Positions 9,493-19,512 of a stretch of 64,000 nucleotides of DNA are shown one piece after another. Each line of letters begins with the position of its first letter. The stretch's first letter is position 1. The notes below the pieces were generated by a model. It was not told where the DNA came from and searched no databases. It saw nothing but the letters and a program-made list of their open reading frames with translations. The DNA comes from a virus (taxonomy: Duplodnaviria; Caudoviricetes): IMG/VR virus record IMGVR_UViG_3300025676_000014, positions 6,306 to 70,305 of that record. One strand, given 5' to 3'. Position numbers and translations under genes: made by a program.

Positions 9493-9780
9493 TTGGTTCG
9501 ACGAATTGTGCAAGAAGTACAATACCGAAAACCATTGGAAAAAAGAAAAGCCGAAGAAAAAGAAAAGCAAATGAAATTTATGAAAAACATAAAACTAGAA
9601 ACGGTGGGCCAATCAGCGATGATGGTAAATTGGGACAACGTAAACATGGTTAAAGAGATCACCACGTCCTTTGGCGAAGTTTACAGAGAACTCTACTTTA
9701 CCAACGGCAGCACTGTGGTAACAACGGAAACTATGGAAGACTTGGAAGGAAAGCTAAATGAAGAACGTAAAAAAAGGTAA
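9493..9780 (+). CDS. hypothetical protein (true start probably at an internal Met)
   Basis: ORF co-oriented with the cluster. Confidence 0.5.
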   Translation: MVRRIVQEVQYRKPLEKRKAEEKEKQMKFMKNIKLETVGQSAMMVNWDNVNMVKEITTSFGEVYRELYFTNGSTVVTTETMEDLEGKLNEERKKR

Positions 9781-9973
9781 GGTGATTCAACGAGTGAGCG
9801 AAGCAACCGCTCAAGACCGTGATAAGCTAAAGGGCTTATTGGAACAGGGGTGGAACTACTGCCCGAACCATGAGTGGCGAGCATTCAGAGATGCTAAAGA
9901 TGAAGCCGAAATGTTCAAGGGCAAAAAGAAAAAAAGCAAGAGAGCAAAAGCCTTGACCAAGAAGCAAGGTTAA
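9758..9973 (+). CDS. small basic hypothetical protein
   Basis: KKG...RVS......L..GW.YCP..EW pattern. Confidence 0.55.
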   Translation: MKNVKKGKVIQRVSEATAQDRDKLKGLLEQGWNYCPNHEWRAFRDAKDEAEMFKGKKKKSKRAKALTKKQG

Positions 9974-10247
9974 CGTAGCATTGTGGTATGTATAGAGCTA
10001 AAATCCAAAGACGCCGCTATCGAAGCGTTTGCGAATTTGCTTGACGACAAAACAAGTCTCTGTTCTAATTAGGAATATGGAAACATTAGAACTCGTAGGA
10101 GAAACATTGACCTTACTTGAGCGTGATGCTGAAGACCAAGGCAACTGGTACACAAACAAAGAGGGGGAAGAAATTCACATCTCCGATGCCGAACTCCGAG
10201 GTGATCCCCCCACATACTGGGAATGGTAATTTTATTTAAGGATATTT

Positions 10248-10463
10248 ATGAGTGAATCTTTTTTTCAAGAATTCCCGCAATACCCGAACGGGGAACACGT
10301 TGAAGCGTTATTCAGTGAGGCTGAAGAAGCGGGGTTAGCAAAAGGAATAGAGACTGAAGACGGGCGAGGGTTTATTATAACAAACAAAGGTCAAGCGTGG
10401 ATGAATGTTTTAATCGCGCTCGACGAATGCAATGAAGAACAAGAAGGAGAAAGCAATGAATAA
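10248..10463 (+). CDS. small acidic hypothetical protein
   Basis: GATATTTATG start context. Confidence 0.55.
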   Translation: MSESFFQEFPQYPNGEHVEALFSEAEEAGLAKGIETEDGRGFIITNKGQAWMNVLIALDECNEEQEGESNE

Positions 10464-10662
10464 AGAACCTGTGATGAGTAGAGAGATATTGGAGAAAGTA
10501 TATCAGCGTTTACGGAGTATCGAAATGATGATTCCTGAAAATCAAGACGCACAGGTCACTGACCTGCGGCGTTGGATCGAGCAGAAATGGCTTGAGATGG
10601 ACGATTGCGAGAACGATCAGACTCACTACGGTGATGCAGTTTTCAACGGCGTCGAAGAATAG
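10432..10662 (+). CDS. hypothetical protein
   Basis: ORF coupled to the upstream gene. Confidence 0.5.
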   Translation: MKNKKEKAMNKEPVMSREILEKVYQRLRSIEMMIPENQDAQVTDLRRWIEQKWLEMDDCENDQTHYGDAVFNGVEE

Positions 10663-10700
10663 TTCTTGACCTCAAACCAAGTATATGAGAGAATTGAATC

Positions 10701-11201
10701 ATGCCTAACCACACATCGAACAAATTAGCAGTAAGCGGGACAACAGACGGGATCAAACAATTTATCTCGGAAAACAAAGGGGAGGAGGAATCCCTTTCTC
10801 TTGAGAAGGCGTTGCCTACTCCTTCCGAAATGTTGGGAGACAATGCCATCAAAGGAGGAACGATGCCAGCTTGGTATAATTGGAGAGTCGAGAACTGGGG
10901 AACCAAGTGGGACGTTTATGATTCTTTCCCTTGGGAGGAAGATAAGTACGGCAATTTCATCACTCGGTTCTATAGCGCGTGGTCACCGCCTACGCCTTGG
11001 CTTAAAGCGGTTGCCGAAAAGTATCCAGACCTCAGTTTTGAGCTAACTTACGCTGATGAGGGCGGGAGCTTTGTGGGCGCGATGGAGGCTAAAGGTCTTT
11101 ACGGAGAGGGCGTTAGCGATTACGATTGGGATTCCGAAGAAGGAATTGCTATCCGAAGCGATCTTGGTTATGACCATGACTTACAAGAAGAGGAGGGGTA
11201 A
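10701..11201 (+). CDS. Api92/YubB-like ferredoxin-like domain protein
   Basis: MPNH.SN.L, WYNWRVENWGTKWD, FYSAWSPP, FELTYADEG. Confidence 0.8.
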   Translation: MPNHTSNKLAVSGTTDGIKQFISENKGEEESLSLEKALPTPSEMLGDNAIKGGTMPAWYNWRVENWGTKWDVYDSFPWEEDKYGNFITRFYSAWSPPTPWLKAVAEKYPDLSFELTYADEGGSFVGAMEAKGLYGEGVSDYDWDSEEGIAIRSDLGYDHDLQEEEG

Positions 11202-11356
11202 AATCAAATCAATAGAAGAATGTCACCGCATTATCAAGCACGAACAAAAGATTAGAGAAGCTGGAGAGCAAGCCATTAAGGCACTCAAAAAGACTATGCC
11301 CTCCGAGATTCAGACAAGATATAACCAGAGAGACATAAACAAACGCAGAAAGAATT

Positions 11357-11554
11357 ATGAGATACAAAATACCAGTTAGTTGGCAGATGTACGGTCACGT
11401 TACCGTAGAGGCGGATACGCCTCAACACGCCGCAGAAATCGCGGAATCAGACATGGGTATTGGCTTGCCTGACAATGGTGAGTATGTAGAAGGCTCATGG
11501 GAAGTAGATTGGGACATAGTAGAAGATGATGTGAGCAAGGAGTTGGAGGTATAA
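11357..11554 (+). CDS. small acidic hypothetical protein
   Basis: V.VEADT...A.EIAE pattern of small phage proteins. Confidence 0.55.
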   Translation: MRYKIPVSWQMYGHVTVEADTPQHAAEIAESDMGIGLPDNGEYVEGSWEVDWDIVEDDVSKELEV

Positions 11555-11558
11555 AATT

Positions 11559-11744
11559 ATGAAAAAACTATTCCTGTCATTAATGTTTGTTGGTGTTGGT
11601 TGTCAAAGCCACAAGTATGAGGTTCACTTAACCAGCGGAACTCACCACTTAATCACCGCTAACTCAGAAGAAGAAGCGGAACAGTTCGTGAGCGATCAAG
11701 AGGATTCTCACGGCGTAATGATAATCAAAAAAGTGAAAGACTAA
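11559..11744 (+). CDS. putative lipoprotein
   Basis: MKKLFLSLMFVGVGC lipobox-like signal. Confidence 0.5.
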   Translation: MKKLFLSLMFVGVGCQSHKYEVHLTSGTHHLITANSEEEAEQFVSDQEDSHGVMIIKKVKD

Positions 11745-11747
11745 ACC

Positions 11748-11957
11748 ATGAAACTAAAAGAATACATACAATACCTTCAACAAATCAAAAAAACACATCC
11801 TGACGTTGATGTGGTATGCGCCAGCGATCAAGAGGGCAACAGCTTTGAGGCAGTTCATTACCATCCAGCGTTGGGACGCTTTGACGGTAACGATTGGGAG
11901 ACAGAAGGCGATCTCGATGAAGTTGGCGGCGAAGTAAATGCCGTACTCATAAACTAG
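11748..11957 (+). CDS. hypothetical protein
   Basis: V.CASDQEGNSF pattern. Confidence 0.55.
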   Translation: MKLKEYIQYLQQIKKTHPDVDVVCASDQEGNSFEAVHYHPALGRFDGNDWETEGDLDEVGGEVNAVLIN

Positions 11958-12072
11958 CAGGATCAAATACAAGATCATGGAGACACTAATATACGTTGGA
12001 GCAGTTTTTGCGGCGATGGTTATCCTCGCGTGGACGCTAGACTACGACGACGAAGAAAAGGGGGATTAAATT

Positions 12073-12264
12073 ATGGCTAACACAGAAAAAAAAGTTTTAT
12101 GGAGAGGGAGATTCAGCGACATTTGGGTCATTAAAGAGAACGGCGAGTATGTTGCTTGCAGGGACAAGTGGAATGAAGCAGGGTATCATATTGATTATTT
12201 GTATCATTCCAGTTCGCTTGAAGAAGTAATTACTTATGGCGAAAGAGAGGGGTCGAGAGCATAA
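12073..12264 (+). CDS. hypothetical protein
   Basis: ATTATG start, co-oriented. Confidence 0.5.
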   Translation: MANTEKKVLWRGRFSDIWVIKENGEYVACRDKWNEAGYHIDYLYHSSSLEEVITYGEREGSRA

Positions 12265-12743
12265 TGGGATACAAAATACTTGACGTTAAAACAGAAATCC
12301 ACGAAGATGTTGAGAGCTATATGAAGGGTTACGATAGCCTACCAGACGCTTGGAGGGATGTAATCAAAGACGACATACTTGACATCGTAGACAAACACTT
12401 TGAAAAGATAGAACGATGAAAGACATAACAATACCAGTCATATTTATGTTGACAGTCATGCCGATTGGGATGATAACAATAGTCAACATCAATGAAAACA
12501 ATAGAATTGACCCAGTTGTGCCGACTAAAGAGCCGCCGATGGAAGGTTGGCCCAAAGATTCGGAGCTAACGATTTTTATACCAGACAACCGAATATAATT
12601 AAGGATAATTATGCCAGTATCTAAAAACAAAAGAAAGGGGCAAACCGCCCGTCAACACAGAAAAGCTAGAAATATACGCATCTATACCGCAAGATACGTT
12701 AACAGCCCAAATCGGGTAATCCAAGAGATGGAGAGATTGCGGG

Positions 12744-13022
12744 ATGAAGAGGAGAAACAAAACAATGAGTGAAAATGAAAAGATGATGCCCGATGAGGCA
12801 GGAGAAAAGGGCGGAGACATTCTGTATCATTTGATTAAGATTTACGATCAGATCGAATGGGGAGATGAGGAAGCCGAGTTCGTGAGAATGGAGATGCACA
12901 AGAACAAAACCATGAACGTCATTAACCATAAGGATGTTGAGATGGGGCTGTATCCAACTGTTTTCCAGCTTAACACAGATGGGGAATGGGAAACCAAAGA
13001 AGATGAAGTCAAAGAAGATTAA
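12744..13022 (+). CDS. acidic hypothetical protein
   Basis: co-oriented ORF. Confidence 0.5.
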   Translation: MKRRNKTMSENEKMMPDEAGEKGGDILYHLIKIYDQIEWGDEEAEFVRMEMHKNKTMNVINHKDVEMGLYPTVFQLNTDGEWETKEDEVKED

Positions 13023-13024
13023 TC

Positions 13025-13321
13025 ATGGCGTTTAAAAAGAAACCAACAGTCAAAGTGGGAACTAAAGAGTGGCAAGTGATTGTCCCTAGACCCCCTAATC
13101 ACGCCACACACGCCCGCCTAACGGTGCGAGACGAGATGAAGGAGAACGGCGACCCCAAGGTGGCAACGCTTCCCATACAGGACTTTGGGTGCTTTAAAGG
13201 GGTAGCTGGAGACTTCCACTACATCAGAATGGACAAGAAGGGCAAGATTCACGAAGAACATAAGGACACTTGGTTCTGGAACGGATACCAAGTATCGGGC
13301 ATCGAGGAGCTTTTAGGCTAA
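13025..13321 (+). CDS. hypothetical protein
   Basis: 98-aa ORF. Confidence 0.6.
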   Translation: MAFKKKPTVKVGTKEWQVIVPRPPNHATHARLTVRDEMKENGDPKVATLPIQDFGCFKGVAGDFHYIRMDKKGKIHEEHKDTWFWNGYQVSGIEELLG

Positions 13322-13595
13322 AATCGCGGCTTATTTATATATTAGAAACCTCTTATTAACATATCAAAGAACCTATTATGAAACATACAAGGACAAACCA
13401 ATGGAAACAGTATTACTTATATCAGCAGTCGCCGCTCTTATCGGCTTTTTGTCAGCAATGGCACAAGACAAAGAAGAGAACGGAATGGAGAAACCCCCCA
13501 AAAACTGGGAAGAATTCATTGATAGATGCAATTATTACAATAGAAGTATAGGAGCGAAAGAATACCCAAAGAATGATAAGAAGTAAAGAACATCA

Positions 13596-13625
13596 AAGTG
13601 TGTTAAAGTGTGGTGAAGTGTGTTA
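13596..13625 (+). repeat. three AAGTGTG repeats at exact 10-bp period
   Basis: Copies start at 13596, 13606 and 13616. Confidence 0.75.
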
Positions 13626-13751
13626 TGGGTAGTGCTAGAGTTTTATATTTAAAAATAATTATCATAATTATGATTAGTTATGTACGATTGAATATCCTTT
13701 ACAAGCAATCAAGGTCATGTTTTAATAAGGTGTAAGCTATTACATACTAAT

Positions 13752-13985
13752 ATGACTGAACCAAAGAAAAAAGCAACCAGAAAAAGAAAACCGCGCATCA
13801 ATGAAGAGCAGTTAGAAATGGCTAGACTCTACGAGAAAGCGTGGAATGAAGAGTTCGACAAGAAACCCAAAGTAATACAAAAAGAAATTATAGAAAATCC
13901 CGAAGATCGTGCTGCCCTAGCACACGCCCATGAGGTCGCCAAGCTCGCAGAAAGTTGGGCGTGGGACATCGCAAACAAAAAGTAA
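13752..13985 (+). CDS. hypothetical protein
   Basis: 77-aa ORF preceded by GTGTAA. Confidence 0.55.
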   Translation: MTEPKKKATRKRKPRINEEQLEMARLYEKAWNEEFDKKPKVIQKEIIENPEDRAALAHAHEVAKLAESWAWDIANKK

Positions 13986-14313
13986 TATGAAAAAAGAGAT
14001 TAAAAAAGACAGTAAATACTGGGTTATTCACAAAGAAATATATACTAGAGAATTAGATAAGCTAGATAGTGAAATTGCAGCGACCATTCAAACAAAACCC
14101 TATTCCAAAGAGGCTAGTATGTTGAATGACAAGGTAGATACAGAGATAGAAAGATTAACAAATGAAAATCCCAAGGTTGCGGGATAAAAAGCGAAATATA
14201 TATATAGAAAGTGCCGCGCATATTTATGGTTAATTATGATAATTATGGCGGCTTTTAAATTGTTCTTATTCTATTACATTTACTCTTGGTTCTTTTAAGT
14301 GATTCCTAAAACC

Positions 14314-14544
14314 CCAAGGATGCCAGATATTTTGCGAAATATTACTTGACTTAGTAGGGGGTACATGATATACTATTGTAGTTAAACTAGGGCTATACGT
14401 TCTATTTTGATAATCATAATCCCGCTTCTGCTTGGGTTCACCTTCGGGCAGGGGCGGGTTTTCCTTTTGTCCTACAGAAATCCCAAGGATGTCAGATATT
14501 GCTTAAATATTACTTGTTATAAAAAGCCAAGGATGCCAGATATT
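14314..14544 (+). repeat. three CCAAGGATGYCAGATATT direct repeats in a non-coding region
   Basis: Copies at 14314, 14483 and 14527, each followed by a GC..AAATA-like tail. Confidence 0.8.
14346..14467 (+). ncRNA. promoter plus candidate approx. 85-nt small RNA ending in a long GC hairpin
   Basis: TTGACT-17-TATACT at 14346-14374; hairpin CCCGCTTCTGC...GCAGGGGCGGG at about 14421-14458 then a T-run; no ORF. Confidence 0.4.
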
Positions 14545-14771
14545 TGCCTAAATAACACTGAGTGGAGGGTGAGATAGATAGATTGGTTAATTAAGTTATA
14601 AAATTATAATTATGGATAATTATGCGGCATCAACCGAATCCTATTAAGTAATACAGAAAGATATAGCCGCCCGTTTATTCTGTAATAGAAAAGCGGCATA
14701 AGAATAATTCTCATAATTACGAACGAATATCCTTGCACCGAGATCAAGGGTATAGTATGCTTAATGAAGTT

Positions 14772-14990
14772 ATGAAAACAAAAGGTGCAACAAGTCATAT
14801 AGATGTTCCTCTTTCCGCGTTGACTGCGGTGCTACAACCTACTGCAATAGTGCGTGTGTCTCGTCGATGGGCGAACGCTATGGGTGTTGATGGCCAAAAG
14901 CCAGATCAGCCAGAAGCTCCAAAGACAATAGCAGTACAGGTTGAAGGGGAAAAAGAAACCAAACTAGAAGTCGGTGTTAACAACTGGTAA
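14772..14990 (+). CDS. hypothetical protein upstream of ruvB
   Basis: Follows sigma70 promoter TTGCAC-17-TATGCT (14733-14761). Confidence 0.55.
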   Translation: MKTKGATSHIDVPLSALTAVLQPTAIVRVSRRWANAMGVDGQKPDQPEAPKTIAVQVEGEKETKLEVGVNNW

Positions 14991-15000
14991 AACTAATTCA

Positions 15001-15960
15001 ATGAGCAAAAAAACCTATACAGCAGATCAAATGTTTCCCGACCTAATCGGGCAAGCCCGTGTTAAAAAACAACTTGGGTTTCACTTCAAGGGATATATGG
15101 CGAATGGTCGTATGCCTCACCTTATGTTCACCGCGCCCCGTGGTTGCGGTAAGACAATGATGGCGTCTGCCCTTGCGGATTGCCTCAAGTGGCGCGAGCC
15201 AAACAAGACGAAGATAGTGTTTAACTGTTCGCAGTTGCGGAATCTGCGTCAGTTTTGGAATGAGGTCATCATTCCCCACGTTAACGACAAGGACGTAACC
15301 GTTCTTTTCGATGAGGCAAGCGAGATGCCAAAGGACGTGATGATGGCATTGCTCACGGTGTTGAACCCCAACTCTGAAGGTCGCACCGAGTTCTCCTATG
15401 AGGACTACACGGTGGATTTTGATTTCAGTAGGCAGACGTTTATGTTCGCCACCACCGAGGGTCAAAGCATCTTCCACGCCCTGATGGATCGTATGGAGCG
15501 CATTGATATGCAGGATTACTCCGAGAAGGAACTGGGTCAGATCACCAAGGTTGGGCTGGGTGACTATGACATCAAAGACAATGCGGTAAAGGAAATCGCT
15601 ACCGTGCTGCGCGGCAACCCCCGTGCGGCGGCGAAGATGAGAGACAAGATCGTGTCTTACTGTGACGGCAACAAGCAAAAGACCTTTGCCCTCGCGGATT
15701 GGAATAAATTGAAAGATGAATTAGACATCCTTCCTCTTGGCTTGCTGAACAAGGAACTGGAGTTGCTCCGCATCCTAACGCGCAAGAGCGAGACTCGCCT
15801 TACCGAACTGGCGGCGATCACTTGCTTGAGCAAAGGCAGCATCCAGAAGGACTATGAAATGTTCTTGATGAAGAAGAGCCTGATGGAGATTCACCCAGCG
15901 GGACGTAGCCTCACCGCGAAGGGACGGGAGTACCTCAAGGAATTAGACAAAAAGAAATGA
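15001..15960 (+). CDS. ruvB: RuvB-like Holliday junction branch-migration AAA+ ATPase
   Basis: LIGQARVK, HLMFTAPRGCGKT (Walker A), LFDEA (Walker B), FATTE, RGNPR, C-terminal winged helix YE.FL...L..I.P.GR.LT.KG..YL. Confidence 0.88.
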   Translation: MSKKTYTADQMFPDLIGQARVKKQLGFHFKGYMANGRMPHLMFTAPRGCGKTMMASALADCLKWREPNKTKIVFNCSQLRNLRQFWNEVIIPHVNDKDVTVLFDEASEMPKDVMMALLTVLNPNSEGRTEFSYEDYTVDFDFSRQTFMFATTEGQSIFHALMDRMERIDMQDYSEKELGQITKVGLGDYDIKDNAVKEIATVLRGNPRAAAKMRDKIVSYCDGNKQKTFALADWNKLKDELDILPLGLLNKELELLRILTRKSETRLTELAAITCLSKGSIQKDYEMFLMKKSLMEIHPAGRSLTAKGREYLKELDKKK

Positions 15961-16069
15961 AGACAATAAAAGAGGTGGGCGGCTTTATATATATCTTTGT
16001 ATTAACTATTTGTTATTTAATAGCAGCACTGGGAGTCTTCCTCCGCGCAGTTGTTCGCGATATCTTTAA

Positions 16070-16146
16070 GGGTGAGTAGCTCAATTGGATAGAGCATCTG
16101 CCTTCTAAGCAGAGGGTTGTGGGTTCGAGTCCCGCCTCACCTACCA
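16070..16146 (+). tRNA. tRNA-Arg (anticodon TCT)
   Basis: Cloverleaf: GGGTGAG/CTCACCT acceptor, GCTC/GAGC D-stem, TCTGC-CTTCTAA-GCAGA anticodon arm, GGTTCGAGTCC T-loop, encoded CCA. Confidence 0.95.
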
Positions 16147-16392
16147 CTTCTTTGTATTTTTTTTTCTACACACTTCAAATAAATAATATTCAAAATATAA
16201 GTTCATCGGAATAAATAAATAATGTGAAATATAAGGTAAAATAATGTAAAATAAGGAGACAAGCTTGTTGCGGTAAACTTCGAGCGGTTAGCTAGGATTT
16301 ATTGAAATAATATAAATAAACAGGCTGGATAACTCGTTTGTCATTAAATAAGGTAAATATAGATTAGTATGTTGAGTGATTTACTAAGGATT

Positions 16393-16433
16393 GCCGGGCT
16401 GCCCGGCGGCCTGTCAAGCTTTTTTTATTCACA
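16393..16433. repeat. symmetric module copy 1 (right half only) with TTATTCACA box
   Basis: GCCGGGCTGCCCGGC-ggcct-GTCAAG-N6-TTATTCACA. Confidence 0.9.
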
Positions 16434-16503
16434 GCCCGTGCCATTTTCTTAAAAGCAGGGAATTTCACATCGGAGAAATCGCCCCCTTATAAGAAACTTT
16501 CCG

Positions 16504-16594
16504 CTCACGAATGAGCGACAAACAAGCTTGTCAATCAAAAAACCCCCATAATGAGCGGCAAAACGTCTTGCCACTCACGAATGAGCGACAAACA
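16504..16594 (+). repeat. iteron-like repeats AATGAGCGRCAAA x3
   Basis: Copies at 16510, 16550 and 16580; two share CTCACGAATGAGCGACAAACA. Confidence 0.75.
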
Positions 16595-16749
16595 TATAGG
16601 CTAATTAATTGCCATTATATAGCATAATTAAAAGTGTGTCATAAAAGGTGTTATTTTATTGCAGAAAAAGCTTGCGCTGGATTCAAGGATGTGAGACAAT
16701 TAGGAAGAGTTAAACAACAACAGTAAACCAAGAAAGCAAAAAAACTATT

Positions 16750-17625
16750 ATGCCAAAGATCGCAACACAAACCTCCGACTTCGATTTCACCGTGAAACAA
16801 GTACCCCTATTTGATGAGCAAGGACGCCGTTCGGGCTTCTTCGGCAATCAACGCGCCGACACGGGCGGAATATTGGGCGTGACTTCAGACCGCTACGGCA
16901 TCGTGCAGCATGGCTCGCTTATTGAAGCCGCTGAAGAGGGCTTCGAAAATGCTAACCTTGGCGAGTTCGAGCGGAACGTGTACGTTACTGGCGATGGTGC
17001 GCGGATGAGAGCACACTACGACTTCAAGGATCAGACTCGTGCGCTTCGGCGTGAGGATCGTCAGGTGGGTGATGAGGTAGGCTTACGCCTTACCCTTCAG
17101 AACTCTTTTGATCGCTCGCTTCGCGTGTCGTTCGCGTTGGGTATGCTTCGGTTGGTTTGCACCAACGGCATGACAACCCTCGAAAATGAGGTGAGCATGA
17201 CCAAGAAGCACTCGGCCAATGTCGAGACCAACTTCCTTGAGGACGCTATCACCAAGGCCGTGAGCAACTGGGACGCCGCCGTGATCAAGGCCGAGGCCTT
17301 GACCGCTCGCGCCATCGAGCATGATCAAGGCTTGACCATCCTCGGTAACCTTGTTCGCATGGGTGCGCTTTCGGATCGTATGAGCGGCGAAATCGCCAAG
17401 GTGTGGAACTCGCCTGAGTACGACCTCGACAAAGCCCGCAACCTTTACAACCTGTACAATGCGACCACTCAGCACTTGACCCGCAACGTCGAGGACACTC
17501 GCAGCGAACTCGCTGACCGTACTTCGCGCAACGTGTTCAAGAAGCTGCACGATGCGGTTGCCCGTCCGAGCAACATGACCAAGCTTCTGCTGCCTCTCAA
17601 GACTATTGAGGTGGAGAACAACTAG
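16750..17625 (+). CDS. DUF932 family phage/plasmid protein
   Basis: LGVTSDRYGIVQH, LTLQNSFDRS, LRLVCTNGM, RNLYNLYNA.T. Confidence 0.82.
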   Translation: MPKIATQTSDFDFTVKQVPLFDEQGRRSGFFGNQRADTGGILGVTSDRYGIVQHGSLIEAAEEGFENANLGEFERNVYVTGDGARMRAHYDFKDQTRALRREDRQVGDEVGLRLTLQNSFDRSLRVSFALGMLRLVCTNGMTTLENEVSMTKKHSANVETNFLEDAITKAVSNWDAAVIKAEALTARAIEHDQGLTILGNLVRMGALSDRMSGEIAKVWNSPEYDLDKARNLYNLYNATTQHLTRNVEDTRSELADRTSRNVFKKLHDAVARPSNMTKLLLPLKTIEVENN

Positions 17626-17752
17626 GCTACCCAGCCTAACCCCTCGCCCCTCTTTCATATCGCCGTCAGTGACGGCTGGGGCGGGGGGCTTTTCTTTGCT
17701 CAGATTACCAAGGTTACTATAAATAAGACCTAATAATATAGTAGCCCCGCAT

Positions 17753-17831
17753 TGTGGATAACTTTCCCTTGACAGGCTGCCGGGCTGCCCGGCCAAATGT
17801 CAAGCTTTATTTACTCACAGCCTGTGAATAA
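17753..17831. repeat. symmetric module copy 2, complete, with DnaA-box-like 9-mers on both sides
   Basis: TGTGGATAA-N6-CTTGAC-aggct-GCCGGGCTGCCCGGC-caaat-GTCAAG-N6-TTACTCACA-gcc-TGTGAATAA. Confidence 0.92.
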
Positions 17832-17891
17832 GTGACGAAAAAAAATAAAAAAAAAGCTCGCCTTTTTGTGTGGGTGTGCTATCATTTGCGT

Positions 17892-18314
17892 ATGGTTAAA
17901 ACATACATCACCAAGTGCGGCAAAGACATTCAGGTTTTCATCAACGGCGACACGCGAGAAGAAGCGGAGCCGATTCATTGGAGCCTATTCAATCACGGAG
18001 CAACCAATCAAGCTGACCCCGAATGGATAGACCAGACCACGTTTAGCTTTTGGACGCAAAGGAGTCGCTTGCTCCGAGCGTTTCAAAAAGCGGCCATCAA
18101 TGGCATCGTTAACAATCACTCGCATAAGTTTGAGGGCAAACGCGGTGCGCTTATTCCTGCCCTTGCGGATAAAATGGCGGCACGGCGTATGCGTCAATGC
18201 GTCAACAAGCCTTATGTGCGCCAAGTGTCCGTTGCTAATCTAAATTGCTACGGCATCGGAACCATTCGAGCAGAGAAGCCCGACAGCGACCACGGCAATC
18301 GGGAAACAATGTAG
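17892..18314 (+). CDS. hypothetical protein (leaderless start)
   Basis: ATG 6 nt after TATCAT -10. Confidence 0.6.
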   Translation: MVKTYITKCGKDIQVFINGDTREEAEPIHWSLFNHGATNQADPEWIDQTTFSFWTQRSRLLRAFQKAAINGIVNNHSHKFEGKRGALIPALADKMAARRMRQCVNKPYVRQVSVANLNCYGIGTIRAEKPDSDHGNRETM

Positions 18315-18348
18315 TTGACAAGGAGTTAAGATTGTGAGACAATTAGAA

Positions 18349-19095
18349 ATGGAAAGCAAAAAACCTATTATGAAACTAAAATTCAAAAATGCAAACGGTA
18401 AACTCAAGAAGATGGCAAAAAAGCTTGGCCTTGTACTCAAGACCTTCACACTCCCTGCGGGATATACTTGCCCAGGTGCAAAGGATTGCCTTGCGTATGC
18501 CGACAGGAAAACAGGCAAGATCACAGACGGAGAGGAAACAGAATGGCGTTGCTTTATGGCGTCGCTAGAAGCGACCTTTCCAAGCCTCCGCGCAATGGTG
18601 TGGGAGAATTTGGAAATGATTCGCAAAGCGTTGAAGGGTGGCGTGGAGGCGTGTGCGGATCTGATTTGCGAGTCATTGCCAAAAAAGTTTGACGTGATGC
18701 GCGTCCACGTTGGCGGTGATTACTTTTCCCGCGAATACTTTATGGCGTGGGTTGAAGTCGCAAAGCGAAATCCCGACAAGGTGTTTTACTCTTACAGCAA
18801 AAGCCTTGCGATTATTGCGGGCATCCCTAAACCTGACAATCTCGTTTTGACTGCCTCCCGTGGTGGCAAGTATGACGATTTGATTGATCGCCTCGCGTGG
18901 AAAGAGGCGCGTGTGGTTTACTCTGAACAGGAAGCCGCCGACCTCGGTTTAGAGATAGACCACGACGACGAACACGCAGCGTTTGGCAAAAAAGATTTTG
19001 CGTTGCTCATTCACGGTACGCAACCCAAGGGAAGCGCAGCGGGCGAAGCACTAAAGCAAATCAAAAAACTTGCAAAAGCTGCAAGTATCGCTTAA
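18349..19095 (+). CDS. GP88-like protein (gene product 88 family)
   Basis: TFTLPAGYTCPGA..C, RVHVGGDYFS.EY, FYSYSKS, LVLTASRGG. Confidence 0.75.
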   Translation: MESKKPIMKLKFKNANGKLKKMAKKLGLVLKTFTLPAGYTCPGAKDCLAYADRKTGKITDGEETEWRCFMASLEATFPSLRAMVWENLEMIRKALKGGVEACADLICESLPKKFDVMRVHVGGDYFSREYFMAWVEVAKRNPDKVFYSYSKSLAIIAGIPKPDNLVLTASRGGKYDDLIDRLAWKEARVVYSEQEAADLGLEIDHDDEHAAFGKKDFALLIHGTQPKGSAAGEALKQIKKLAKAASIA

Positions 19096-19158
19096 CCTTT
19101 AAAAAGATGGATATACTAATCGCATTCGTTTTTTTATCAGCAATCGGAGGAATTATCT

Positions 19159-19386
19159 GTGGATATACCAAACAATAAAATAGCAGACTTTGCAATACTA
19201 CAAAATTCGCGTACTAAAGTAACAGGTCTTTGGACTAAGGATCGCGGCGAATGGATAAAGGCAGAGCGGAGCGAGTACGAAGTTTTGGCCTTGGTCGCCA
19301 AGCTAATTCGCACCGCTAAAAATCCCAACGATGTTTTGCTTGCCATTGTAAAAGAGAACCCTCACCTGACAGGGCCAGAAGAATAA
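19159..19386 (+). CDS. hypothetical protein
   Basis: co-oriented ORF. Confidence 0.45.
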   Translation: MDIPNNKIADFAILQNSRTKVTGLWTKDRGEWIKAERSEYEVLALVAKLIRTAKNPNDVLLAIVKENPHLTGPEE

Positions 19387-19396
19387 TATTTTAATG

Positions 19397-19435
19397 CTTG
19401 ACATAGGCTGCCGGGCAGCCCGGCCGAAAGTCAAG
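19397..19435. repeat. symmetric module copy 3
   Basis: CTTGAC-N7-GCCGGGCAGCCCGGC-N5-GTCAAG. Confidence 0.9.
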
Positions 19436-19512
19436 ACTTTTCTTCAACTATTTTTTTCTTTATGACACAATTAGCTCTCGACTTTTGTGGGATTATATGA
19501 GAGAATACTCTT

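Noticed and set aside
14024-14032. Isolated TTATTCACA
   Set aside because: Inside a coding region with no module; compatible with chance
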